A DNA stretch of 64,000 nt, from assembly GCA_049322915.1 (NCBI GenBank), contig JBMOPW010000011.1, positions 70,642-134,641 of the forward strand. The letters are read 5' to 3'. The position numbers and the translations under genes were made by a program. Under the pieces are notes generated by a model, which had not been told where the DNA came from, made no database searches, and saw nothing but the letters and a program-made list of their open reading frames with translations. Source of the DNA: Candidatus Zhuqueibacterota bacterium. GTDB lineage: Bacteria; Zhuqueibacterota; Zhuqueibacteria; Thermofontimicrobiales; Thermofontimicrobiaceae. Positions within the stretch are counted from its first letter, which is position 1, and the number at the start of each line of letters is the position of its first letter. This document shows positions 48,501 through 57,869 of the stretch, one piece after another.

Positions 48501-48866
48501 TTAAATCACCATAAAGAATAAACCAGCCACAATGCAGACGATCCCCATAAATTCGACAAATGAGAAATTCAGTTTGATCCGGTACACGCTATAAATTGAA
48601 ATCACAATGTAGCCCAATCCTGACAAGGGGAAGGCATAGGATAACTCGAATCGGGAGAGCACGCCTATCCAGCAGACCAGCGCCAGCGCATGAAACATCC
48701 AACTCAGTATCCGGTACCGAATGGGCAAAAATAGCAGTCGGATGCGGCGCGGCATTCCTTCCCGCCAGACATCCAGACAATAGAGGCGGTGCGCCGTCAA
48801 TGAAAAAACGATGGACAGGATCAGCAAGGCGTACGCCATCCACGCATTAAGTGATAATGGAATCAT
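48501..48866 (-). CDS. Small 4-TM EamA/SMR-like protein (ArnE/ArnF-like subunit)
   Basis: W..VLSRFELSYAFPL.GLGYI motif; four hydrophobic helices. Confidence 0.75.
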   Translation of the reverse strand: MIPLSLNAWMAYALLILSIVFSLTAHRLYCLDVWREGMPRRIRLLFLPIRYRILSWMFHALALVCWIGVLSRFELSYAFPLSGLGYIVISIYSVYRIKLNFSFVEFMGIVCIVAGLFFMVI

Positions 48867-49203
48867 AGATACTCAGCACCTCATTCTTTGTCAGATTCCC
48901 GGGGTCCACATCGAGAAGCCCCATTTCAGTGATGAGAAATTGATAGCCGCTCTTCTTCCAGAAATGCATAAATCGCTTCCCGTCTTTTATCTTTTTCAAC
49001 AGGGTCTTCTCCATATCCAGCCGCTGCTGGTAGGTATTGCAAGTCGAGATTTGTTCCTGCCAGCGATAACAATCATCCATGATGTTGTGATACACATTGC
49101 ATTCCAGAATTTCATCGATGGACAATTTTCTGCACTGGCTGCACTTTTCCAACTGGCCGCTTTTCATCGTCTTCGACTTCGTTTGAATCATAAATAAATC
49201 CAT
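48847..49203 (-). CDS. Hypothetical Cys-rich cytoplasmic protein
   Basis: ORF fills the gap in a co-directional cluster; GGAG upstream; CxxC plus three further Cys. Confidence 0.65.
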   Translation of the reverse strand: MDLFMIQTKSKTMKSGQLEKCSQCRKLSIDEILECNVYHNIMDDCYRWQEQISTCNTYQQRLDMEKTLLKKIKDGKRFMHFWKKSGYQFLITEMGLLDVDPGNLTKNEVLSIYDSIIT

Positions 49204-49239
49204 ATTTCATCTTTCTCCTGCATACTCATGCGCAGGTGT

Positions 49240-49611
49240 TCACTTCGGAACCGCTTCGGATATGGCCGCCACCTGGAGCTGCTCCATGATATCATGTTCC
49301 GTCGCCAGTATCTCCGCCAGCTTCTCCAGCCTGATCATGTCAAAAATTAATTTTGTATCGGTGTTGGCCTCGCAGATTTTCAGCCAGATTCCCCGCGTCG
49401 AAACCTGTTTGATGAACGACACCAGCACGCTAATGGCTGAGCTATCGATAAATTCCAGGTTGCCGCAGTTCAAAATCAAACCCGTGAGATTCTTCGCCGC
49501 AACCTGATTGAGAGAATCCCTGAACTGCCTTGAATTCTGGAAGGATAGCTTCATCTTCCTGTCAAAGGACATCCGATAAATTCCGGGTTTCAATTCGCTC
49601 ACAGAAATCAT
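49240..49611 (-). CDS. STAS domain anti-sigma-factor antagonist
   Basis: ILNCGNLEFIDSSAISVLV motif. Confidence 0.88.
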   Translation of the reverse strand: MISVSELKPGIYRMSFDRKMKLSFQNSRQFRDSLNQVAAKNLTGLILNCGNLEFIDSSAISVLVSFIKQVSTRGIWLKICEANTDTKLIFDMIRLEKLAEILATEHDIMEQLQVAAISEAVPK

Positions 49612-49799
49612 GTTGTTGCTCCTCGGCTCTTTTCTATCGACGCCAAAACACCCGCGCTTCTGTCTCAGTGAATCGAGCTATTCTGTTCCCCGGCTGCGCT
49701 GTTGCGGATGATGCTTTGCCCCGGGACCTCAGCGGCAGGCGATCCTATTTTGAATGTGGGCCGGGAATCAACGCGCTGAACCATCCCTGCGCCGCTGCT

Positions 49800-50201
49800 T
49801 CAATTGCTGTTCGCTTCAAACAGGCGCCCGAGTATCTGCAATATCTCTTCGTCGTCGAATGGCTTTGTCATGTAGCGATCTGCGCCGACTGACATGGCCC
49901 GCTCCTTGTCAATTTTCTGGCCTTTGGCTGTGAGCATCACCACATAGATGTCCTTCAATGCGGGATCTGCCTTCACTTCCGCGCAGACTTCGTAGCCATT
50001 CTTTCGGGGCATCATCACATCCAGCAGGACAATTTTAGGTTTCTCCCGTCTCAGCAGGGCTAATGCTTCTTCCCCATTGCAGGCAGTGACGACAACGTAT
50101 CCTTCCAGTTCGAGGATGAACGTCGCCGTTTCCCGGATATTGGGTTCATCATCGACAATCGCCACGATATTATTCAAACCTGTCACACCATTCTCCGTCA
50201 T
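49800..50201 (-). CDS. Single-domain response regulator
   Basis: IVDDE, LLDVMMP, MLTA, MTKPF. Confidence 0.92.
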   Translation of the reverse strand: MTENGVTGLNNIVAIVDDEPNIRETATFILELEGYVVVTACNGEEALALLRREKPKIVLLDVMMPRKNGYEVCAEVKADPALKDIYVVMLTAKGQKIDKERAMSVGADRYMTKPFDDEEILQILGRLFEANSN

Positions 50202-51811
50202 TCGTGTTTCACAACCAGAATCGTCATATCGTCTTTCTGATCGATTCCACCAGAATATGCGTACACGGCCTCATAGATTTTGTCAATCAATTGCCGCGCC
50301 GAAAACGAGGCGCTGCGTTTCACCACGTCGATGAGCCGATCCGTGCCGAACATTACTCCCTGATCATTGATGCTTTCGATGAATCCATCGGTGTACATCA
50401 CCAGCACATCGCCGCGCTGCATGTCAGTGGACTTGACGCAATACTCGGTATCCTCAATAAATCCGGCCGGCGTGCCCTCTGTGTCCAGCAAATCGACAGC
50501 CCCGTTGGCGCCGTGAAAAAGGATGGGCGGGTTATGGCCGCTGTTCACATACTCCAGCATTCCGGTGCTGAAAATGTACCGGGCATAAAACAGCGTCACA
50601 AAAATGCCGCTCGTCCCGGCGTCGCTGCAAATATAGTCATTCACCCGATGCGCCACTTCGGGCAGTGTCATGTGATCCGTCAAAATGCTTCGAAGGATGC
50701 TGCGCACATTGCTCATGTACAGCGCTGAGGACATACCGTGGCCGGCCACATCCGCCAGGATAAAATGGATGTTGGATTCCAGTTTGATGAAATCGTAGTA
50801 ATCGCCGCCGATAGCATTGGCGGAAACGCAGCGGCCGGCAATATCCAGATCATCCACCTGCGGTACCTGCTTTGGCAAAAGGCCTTTTTGAATGGAAGAT
50901 GCGAACTCCATCTCCTGGCGCATCTTTTCATTCTCCCTGACCGTGGCGATCATCTGGACATTCTCCAGCACCAGCGAAATCTGGCTGGCTAAGGAACTGA
51001 GCATTTTGAGATCATCCGAGCTGAAATACAAGCTATTCTTTTTACAGCATACCTTGATAGTCCCCAACGTTTTTTCCGGCGTCTTCAGCGCGCAGTAAAT
51101 CAACGGCTCGAACTCGCGCCGCAGGCTGTTGAAATCGATGTGCTCATTTTCCAGCTCGGTTTTCAACTCCGCCGGCAAATTCTCCATATCATCCAGTAAA
51201 ATATCCTCCGAAGTCCTGATGACGTAAAGCGAAATCAATAAATCGACCTGCTCAAACAACGGTGAAACTTCATCGATCACCTGTCCGTTGCAGGCCCTCA
51301 CCAGCGGCTTGTTTCTCTCATTAAGAAAAATCAGCCGCACCCTGGAGACATTAAATAGTTTGGTTACTTTCTCGGTGATTATCCGGCACAGTTGGTTCAC
51401 ATCCAGCGAATAGTTTATTTCGGAGAAGAAATTGTAGAGGAAGTTCATCTCCTTCCAGAATTGGGCGGTGGTTTTGACCAGGTCCTGTTTGTTGAATTCG
51501 GCGTTGAGAACTTCCTCCAACTGCTGCTGAAGAAACTCCATCGCCAGCAAGGCCTTTTCATTTTCCACCACAGTATCTGTCTCAACGAGGCGGAGCATCT
51601 CCTCGCCGTTGATGCGAATGGGCAGGAATCGCTGAAATGCCTTCCCGGAGCCGCAATCCCCGATAATGACGCGATCATCCACACTCGAAAGCAGCGCAAC
51701 ACTGAGTCCGGTGAACTTTTGAAAATTGTCTATCCTTCGGGCAATCTGTTTTTTTATGAGAATGCGTTCGATATTCATGACACGTGCTCCGAATGCGAAA
51801 CTTCCCGGCAT
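50198..51811 (-). CDS. GAF + SpoIIE/RsbU-type PP2C phosphatase
   Basis: IQKGLLP, GGDYYDF, ADVAGHG, NSGHNPP, YTDG..E, DDMT; start may be 51778. Confidence 0.92.
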   Translation of the reverse strand: MPGSFAFGARVMNIERILIKKQIARRIDNFQKFTGLSVALLSSVDDRVIIGDCGSGKAFQRFLPIRINGEEMLRLVETDTVVENEKALLAMEFLQQQLEEVLNAEFNKQDLVKTTAQFWKEMNFLYNFFSEINYSLDVNQLCRIITEKVTKLFNVSRVRLIFLNERNKPLVRACNGQVIDEVSPLFEQVDLLISLYVIRTSEDILLDDMENLPAELKTELENEHIDFNSLRREFEPLIYCALKTPEKTLGTIKVCCKKNSLYFSSDDLKMLSSLASQISLVLENVQMIATVRENEKMRQEMEFASSIQKGLLPKQVPQVDDLDIAGRCVSANAIGGDYYDFIKLESNIHFILADVAGHGMSSALYMSNVRSILRSILTDHMTLPEVAHRVNDYICSDAGTSGIFVTLFYARYIFSTGMLEYVNSGHNPPILFHGANGAVDLLDTEGTPAGFIEDTEYCVKSTDMQRGDVLVMYTDGFIESINDQGVMFGTDRLIDVVKRSASFSARQLIDKIYEAVYAYSGGIDQKDDMTILVVKHE

Positions 51812-51860
51812 GTAAAACTGAGCCTGACGTCTGCCCTGCCGGGGTTCAGAGTACTGTTTT

Positions 51861-52238
51861 TCATTGGGCGGTGACTGTCAATTCGTCGATGATTTTTATC
51901 AGCCTGTCCTCTTTCATGGGTTTGGTAATATGCACGGTAGCGCCTGCCTGAAGGCTTCGCTCCCGCTCACTGGAAACGGACAGCGCAATGACCGGGATTT
52001 CCCGCGTCTCCGGGTTTTGCTTCAGTTGTTCCAGAATTTCATACCCGCTTTTATCCGGGATCATCATATCCAGCAGAATGATATCCGGCTTGTGTTCCAG
52101 CACGCGGCGCATGGTGTTAGCCCCCTGCGTTTCGCCGATGACCTGATAGGGTTTGCCCAATAGCAACAGTCGAATCAGGTCGATAAAATTTTTATCATCA
52201 TCGATGTGCAAAATCTTTTTCATGATGTTCTGCTCCAT
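51861..52238 (-). CDS. Single-domain response regulator
   Basis: HIDDD, LLDMMIP..SGY, IPVIALS, ITKP. Confidence 0.9.
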   Translation of the reverse strand: MEQNIMKKILHIDDDKNFIDLIRLLLLGKPYQVIGETQGANTMRRVLEHKPDIILLDMMIPDKSGYEILEQLKQNPETREIPVIALSVSSERERSLQAGATVHITKPMKEDRLIKIIDELTVTAQ

Positions 52239-52253
52239 TAGCCGCCCAATCCA

Positions 52254-53180
52254 TCAATTTTCGGACATATCTTTTATCAGATCGAGAATACGATTCGTTT
52301 CATCAACGACAATCTGGGAAAACTTGTCGACCGCCTCGGGTTTTTTGCGATTGAATTTCTGAATGATCCGCGCTGACGTGAGAATGGAATTCAATGGCGT
52401 ACGGATTTTGAGAGACACAGAGCCTTTTCCTTCTGTGTCCAGCGCGGCAACATCGCTCAAGGTCAAATTCTGCAATTGACTTTTTTCGGGCAGGTGGAGC
52501 GAAACGTCGCTGACCGCTTCGGCCGCCGGCAGCGCGTTCATCAGCAGCAGCACGTACAACTCGATTTCCGATGAGCGAATTGGTTGGATAGTAACTTGAA
52601 ACGATACGCCGGCAGCCGATTGAATATCCACGACCGACTTTTCCATACCGCGCATCCGGCTTTCGAAGTCCTCCCGATCCACCGTTGGAAAGGTATCGTC
52701 GAACAGTTGACGCCAGTCTTTGCCGATACAATCACCGTGTCCGGCGCTCAGTTTCTCATTCTGGTAGACAATGGTGAGTTGTTCATCCAGAATTGCCAGT
52801 TCTTCCTCCAGCGTATTGAACAGGCTTTTGCGGATCATTTTTTCGATCTTGAGTTCCTGCCGGACAAAATCCAGCTCGCGCTCCAGCACCTGATTGTATT
52901 CAATGGTTTCACGGAACTGACGCTCCAGCATATCATTCACTGACATCAATTTCTCGTTTGCCTGTTTCAGATAAAAATTCACCGCCACGGTTGTCTGTTC
53001 ATTCGGGACCAGTCCCTCGTCACGTTTGCGCGAATTGTTGTTCTGTTCATTCGATTCCACAATAGCCACCATATTTTCAGTTCCGAAAGTCAATTCATTT
53101 TTCAGGTCGGCAAAGTCCTCCCGGACTTTCTCACACCATGACAACATACTGTCCGTTGCTTTGTTGCTGTATCCGCTCAC
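52254..53180 (-). CDS. Coiled-coil + PAS + degenerate HisKA (no His, no HATPase)
   Basis: PAS-like 'LFNTLEEELAILDEQLTIVYQN'; H-box-like SLKIRTPLNSI; protein ends after the second DHp helix. Confidence 0.78.
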   Translation of the reverse strand: MSGYSNKATDSMLSWCEKVREDFADLKNELTFGTENMVAIVESNEQNNNSRKRDEGLVPNEQTTVAVNFYLKQANEKLMSVNDMLERQFRETIEYNQVLERELDFVRQELKIEKMIRKSLFNTLEEELAILDEQLTIVYQNEKLSAGHGDCIGKDWRQLFDDTFPTVDREDFESRMRGMEKSVVDIQSAAGVSFQVTIQPIRSSEIELYVLLLMNALPAAEAVSDVSLHLPEKSQLQNLTLSDVAALDTEGKGSVSLKIRTPLNSILTSARIIQKFNRKKPEAVDKFSQIVVDETNRILDLIKDMSEN

Positions 53181-53197
53181 CTTTTTACCCTTCGTAT

Positions 53198-53539
53198 TCA
53201 GTTCATAAAACTGGAAATACCCATCCGCTCCGTTGTTGCAATATCAAAAATGCGATTGAGCTGCGTCGTGAAAAAAGCGCTCTGAACATCCGGCGTCAAT
53301 TCGCACAGTTTCAATTCCCCGTGCAGTTGAAGCGTTCGTTTCGCCAGAGAGACAATGGAGCCCAGTCCCGAGCTGTCGATATAGCTGACATTCTTCAAAT
53401 TCACCAGTATTTTCAGATAGCCCTGATCCAGGTATTTATTCAATTCGGTCTTGAATACATTTGAATTTTGAATATCAAGCTCTTCCGCTTCCGGAATAAT
53501 AATCAGCACATCGTCTTCAAATTTTTGCAACAATTTCAT
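53198..53539 (-). CDS. STAS domain anti-sigma-factor antagonist (RsbV/SpoIIAA-like)
   Basis: VNLKNVSYIDSSGLGSIV...G.LKL; likely ATG 53539 after AAGGA (ORF track starts at 53575). Confidence 0.9.
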   Translation of the reverse strand: MKLLQKFEDDVLIIIPEAEELDIQNSNVFKTELNKYLDQGYLKILVNLKNVSYIDSSGLGSIVSLAKRTLQLHGELKLCELTPDVQSAFFTTQLNRIFDIATTERMGISSFMN

Positions 53540-53888
53540 GCCCGAATCCTTCGCAGTTAAACCCTTCTCAATCAATATCGGCTGTGTTCATGCAAACTTT
53601 ATTCGCAAGCTCCGACGGCCTGAAAGTAACCTTTTGAAAATCAATCGGTTTCCCCACCAGCGACAGATGTAACATGTCCAGTGTCCGAAATCAGCCAGCC
53701 GAAAAATGCTGCCTGTTTTGCTGAGAGAAAACACCCGGCTGATTGGCAATGAAATGTTCGAGTGAAGAAAAGTGAGGCGGCAACACAGGAAAAGGCATGC
53801 AGTTCCCGAAGGCGCGTCCGTAGCGAGAAATTGGTCGCAAGCGAACGATGAAGCGAAACAGTGGGTTGATAGCGCAGGGCCGGCAGGC

Positions 53889-54878
53889 TCACACGTGCAA
53901 TTCGATCACATCTTTGTCCTGCAGGATATAATCTTTGTTGATGCGTTGTCCTTCAAAAACCTGAGCGCCCCACACCCGCGCAAATTTGAGGTGCTGAGCA
54001 AAGTCTTTGTGCACCGCGTTGGCAAAATCCATTAGCGTGCTTCCCTGCCGAAACGTGAACGGTCGGTTCATTTCGGCGTCATGCCCAGGGCGCTTGGAAT
54101 AGACGCGAATGATTTGCAGCGATTTCACTATTCCCGTTCGGATGCTCTCCAAAGTCGCTGGCCTCGTCGCCGATGCCGGGAGAATCCTGTACTGATCTCG
54201 ATACAGGTCATCAAAGATCTGAAAATTCTCCCCGGCCCGGAGCGCATCGATTTTATTGAGAACGACCAGCGAATTCAGATAGCTCCAGTAGGGATCAATG
54301 GTTTCGGTTGGGGACGGCGCTGTCGACTGGATTTTATATTCGTGCAGAATGCGGAGGGTCAGTTCAAATTGGTCGAGGATGTCATCGCGGCCCGCGTCCA
54401 TCACAAGGAGCATCATATCGGCGACGCGAATGATGGAGGGCGCCCAATGCTCCAGATATTCCTCTGAAAGGGGCGGCAGATCGATGAGCTGAATCTGGAT
54501 GTCCTCGAAGGGCATCATGGCCGGGTGAAACATGCGCGTGGTGAAGGGATAGTCCGCGACTTCAAGCTGCGTGGCTGTCAACGCTGAAATGAGCTGACTT
54601 TTTCCCACATTGGGAGGGCCGACCACAGCCACCTGGCCAGCGCCCTCTCGTTCCACGCTATAACTGAAGCGATGCCCGCCTTTTGACTTCTTGATTTCGA
54701 CTTCATCTTTGAGCCGGGCGATCTTCCGCTTGATATCCGCCTGAAGCTTTTCCGTCCCTTTATGTTTGGGGATGTGCGCCAGCATATCTTTCAACGCCTT
54801 CATCCTTTCGCGATCATCTTTGGCGTTTTTATACTTCTCTTCGGCTGCTAAATATTGGGCTGTCAAATTAGCGGGCAT
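53889..54878 (-). CDS. DRG-like (OBG superfamily) GTPase with C-terminal TGS domain
   Basis: MPANL...IPKHKGTEKL; G1 GPPNVGKS; G2 YPFTT; G3 DLPP; G4 NKID; TGS 'VHKDF....KFARVWG....GQR....Y.L.D.DVIELH'. Confidence 0.88.
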   Translation of the reverse strand: MPANLTAQYLAAEEKYKNAKDDRERMKALKDMLAHIPKHKGTEKLQADIKRKIARLKDEVEIKKSKGGHRFSYSVEREGAGQVAVVGPPNVGKSQLISALTATQLEVADYPFTTRMFHPAMMPFEDIQIQLIDLPPLSEEYLEHWAPSIIRVADMMLLVMDAGRDDILDQFELTLRILHEYKIQSTAPSPTETIDPYWSYLNSLVVLNKIDALRAGENFQIFDDLYRDQYRILPASATRPATLESIRTGIVKSLQIIRVYSKRPGHDAEMNRPFTFRQGSTLMDFANAVHKDFAQHLKFARVWGAQVFEGQRINKDYILQDKDVIELHV

Positions 54879-54893
54879 CGTATTTCCTCCGTT

Positions 54894-57452
54894 TTACCTG
54901 ACCAGCAACATCTTTCTCACATCGACAAATGAGCCGGCCGCGATCCGATAAAAATAGACGCCGGAGGGAACTGTCTGATGTTGAGAGTCACGGCCATCCC
55001 AATGCCAGGCATAATGTCCTGCGCGCAATTCGCGATTGAAGAGCGTAATCACTTCTCTGCCCCGAACATCAAAAATGACGAGGGAAACAGGCGTTGTTTC
55101 ATCCATATCCAGCCCAAAACTGAGCCGGGTGTTTTGGTTGAATGGATTGGGATAATTCTGCTGCAAGTAGCACTTCTCCGGCATCGCCGGTTCCGTTGCC
55201 AGTAATTTCACCTCTGCCAGGTCCTGCTGCAGGGACACATCGTCGATGTACCATTCCAGTTGCTCCTGCCCCGGGTCGTGCACCGACTGGGCGCGCAGCC
55301 GAATCAGAATCGCCGGTTTGCCCGGACCGCAGAATTGGGACAATGGAAAATAGAACTCCGTCCACGGATTGGCAACGCCCACCAGCGGCTGGCCCACCGG
55401 CCGCCACGTGCGTCCACTGTCCGCACTGACATCCACGTAGCCGACCAGCAGATCCGCGTCCAGCGAAAACCGCGACCAGATATGCAGGGAGGCAACGGAC
55501 AGGTTTTGCAGATTCACCGGACGGGCAGTGACAAAGCAACGGGCAGCATTGGCGCCGAAATCCTGCGGCAGAGCAAACTTCAACGACCGATCGCCGGAGT
55601 GCGCCAGTTCGGAATTGAAATACCAGCCTTCGCCAGCCAGCCAATCCTGTTCGCCATTTTCAAAACTTTCCAGACCCATCGGAATGGTGAACATATCGGT
55701 TTCAACGCGATTCCTTTTCGCGGCGACGTCATGAGCCGAAAAATAATAGGCCAGCGTATCGCCGGGATTGCCGGCCACGCGCAGTGCGCCGGTGAAATTT
55801 CCCGAAGCGACATCCGGGTGCATTTTCAGACTGTCCGCCATTCCGTCCTTCAAAAGGTAATGCACGTACACCGAGTTGGTGTCGACGCCGATATTGTCGC
55901 TGACGGACAGGCTCAACGACAGGCTGTCGATGGGATAGAATGAAGTGACCAACGCCGGTTCGTAGACGATGGTCGGTTCGATATTGTCCGCGCCGGTGAT
56001 GAAAGAGTATGTTTGAATCGGCGCCCAGCGCGGCAATTTTTCAACGTACATCGCCTCATTTCGGGCGAGAAGGTAGTAATAAATTTTCCGGTTACTCTGC
56101 GCCGGAATGGCCGCTTCAAATGTGGTGTCGCTGACGGGCGAAAGAGCCTCGATGTAATAAGGATCGAACCATCGGGAAGCGCTCCAGAACAGGAGCAGGG
56201 AATCGGCCACCAGCGGCGCCGGCGATGTAATCGTCGCTGTCACGACAATGGGGTTGGTTATGTCCTCTGTGTCCTTCAACGGCGTGTGGACGATGACCGG
56301 ATTCGACTTCCAATCCATGGTCGGCGCCGGAAGGAATGTCGGGTACGGATCCGAAGCAAGTCGAGCCATGAGCGAATTGTCCAGCGCCCCGGCCGAGAAA
56401 ATCGCGCTGCCCTGGGTTTGCACCAGTCGACAGATGCCAATCTGCTGAACAACGCCATCGTCGGTGTCCACATAGCCGCTGGCATCGATGCCGGCGTACA
56501 CATGCCGTCCCCAGGTGCTGCGCGCGTGATTATTCACCCAGCTCTGGTACGTGGACATATTATCGGTATAGGTCATGGGCGCGATGAAATCGATTTTGCC
56601 CTTGCTCAGCCAGTCGCGCGGATCCTGTAAACGCTCGTTATAGCCGTCGTAATAGCTGCCCCACACAGCGGCGGAGACTTTCACCCACGGCTTACGGGAC
56701 ATGGTTCCCTCGTAGACGCGATAGACAAAATTGCTCACCTGATTGCGCCGCCACTGCGCCCACTGATAGGGACTGGCGTACGGACTGCTCAACCCTGTCT
56801 CCTGTTTGAATCGCGCCACACTGGTGGAATCGTAGGAATAGGCTGTGCTGGGATAGCGAATATAATCCATGTGCAGCCCATCAATGTCATAATTTTCCAG
56901 CACATCCATGAACACATGGAAGACATGGTCGGTGAATGCGGGAATTCCCGGGCTGCCGGTGGCGTAGCCCGCGGCGCCGGGATCCATGGGAACGCCGGAC
57001 GAGTTGACCATAATCCATTCCGGATGGGTGTTGTAAATATGCATGGGCGACCTGGGCGCAGATGAACCAGACCAGACAGGAAATGTGTTCAGATAGGCGT
57101 GCAATTCCAGACCATTGCGATGCGCTTCATCGATAGCCACTTCCAGCGGATCGAAACCGGGATCGCTGCCGCCCAGGAGTTCCGACCACGGTTCGAATTG
57201 GGATTGGTACAGGGCGTCGGCCTGTCCCCGAACCTGAAACAGCACGATATTGAGATGCGCATCGCGGGTGTCCCGAATGAGAGCCCGAATTTGATCTTCG
57301 GTTCCATACTCCCAGCGCGTCACCCAGAGCGCCCGGCCTTCCGATTCAGTTTGAGGCCATATTTCAGGCGAAATGAAAAATAGTACTATCGCTAAAATCG
57401 CGGATAACCGGTTCATCTGTGCGGATCGTTTTCCAGTCACGATATTCTCCAT
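54894..57452 (-). CDS. Secreted glycosyl hydrolase-like family 10 (DUF187/DigH-like) protein with FlgD-Ig/T9SS-like C-terminal domain
   Basis: RALWVTRW, FQVRG.ADALY.S..EPWS, FDPL...IDEAH..GLELHA, YDIDGLHMDYIRYP, QD...W...G.IDF..PM.Y; QNYPNPFN; start may be 57416. Confidence 0.88.
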   Translation of the reverse strand: MENIVTGKRSAQMNRLSAILAIVLFFISPEIWPQTESEGRALWVTRWEYGTEDQIRALIRDTRDAHLNIVLFQVRGQADALYQSQFEPWSELLGGSDPGFDPLEVAIDEAHRNGLELHAYLNTFPVWSGSSAPRSPMHIYNTHPEWIMVNSSGVPMDPGAAGYATGSPGIPAFTDHVFHVFMDVLENYDIDGLHMDYIRYPSTAYSYDSTSVARFKQETGLSSPYASPYQWAQWRRNQVSNFVYRVYEGTMSRKPWVKVSAAVWGSYYDGYNERLQDPRDWLSKGKIDFIAPMTYTDNMSTYQSWVNNHARSTWGRHVYAGIDASGYVDTDDGVVQQIGICRLVQTQGSAIFSAGALDNSLMARLASDPYPTFLPAPTMDWKSNPVIVHTPLKDTEDITNPIVVTATITSPAPLVADSLLLFWSASRWFDPYYIEALSPVSDTTFEAAIPAQSNRKIYYYLLARNEAMYVEKLPRWAPIQTYSFITGADNIEPTIVYEPALVTSFYPIDSLSLSLSVSDNIGVDTNSVYVHYLLKDGMADSLKMHPDVASGNFTGALRVAGNPGDTLAYYFSAHDVAAKRNRVETDMFTIPMGLESFENGEQDWLAGEGWYFNSELAHSGDRSLKFALPQDFGANAARCFVTARPVNLQNLSVASLHIWSRFSLDADLLVGYVDVSADSGRTWRPVGQPLVGVANPWTEFYFPLSQFCGPGKPAILIRLRAQSVHDPGQEQLEWYIDDVSLQQDLAEVKLLATEPAMPEKCYLQQNYPNPFNQNTRLSFGLDMDETTPVSLVIFDVRGREVITLFNRELRAGHYAWHWDGRDSQHQTVPSGVYFYRIAAGSFVDVRKMLLVR

Positions 57453-57523
57453 CCAATGTGTTCCCTTGAGCCAATTGATTTCCTGTTTCCTGAGCCAGTC
57501 ATATGCAGAATGATCAGGAAAAA

Positions 57524-57552
57524 AATATAATTATTATTTGGTAGAATGTCAA
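57524..57552 (-). promoter_or_regulatory. Sigma70-type promoter for the GHL10-DRG unit
   Basis: TTGACA-N17-TATATT on the minus strand. Confidence 0.65.
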
Positions 57553-57869
57553 GTGAGGAAAATTATTTCTTGGGCGCGCGCATGATAACAATGGCACATC
57601 TTACTATAAATGGCATTTTCCCCGGAACAACCAGCCATGAATCCGTATGACTATCAGGCCCCGCCGCTGCAATGGAATCGTGGAGAGATGCCGTGACAGG
57701 TTATTGGTATTGCTTCTTTTACCGACGTCTGAATCGACTGCAAACGATGCGATCCCCGGGTTGAACCATGCATAAAAAAAATCTTGATTTTGAAAACAAA
57801 AACATGTATTTTGCTTTCCATGAGCAGCTAACTTCTGTTAAATTTGCCCCATACCAATGTGAGGGAGTT

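Noticed and set aside
51861..52260. Frameshifted HATPase continuing the truncated kinase
   Set aside because: The downstream sequence is an intact receiver-domain gene; no N/G1/G2 boxes evident.
57592..57608. TGGCAC as a sigma54 promoter
   Set aside because: No TTGC-like element at the required spacing.
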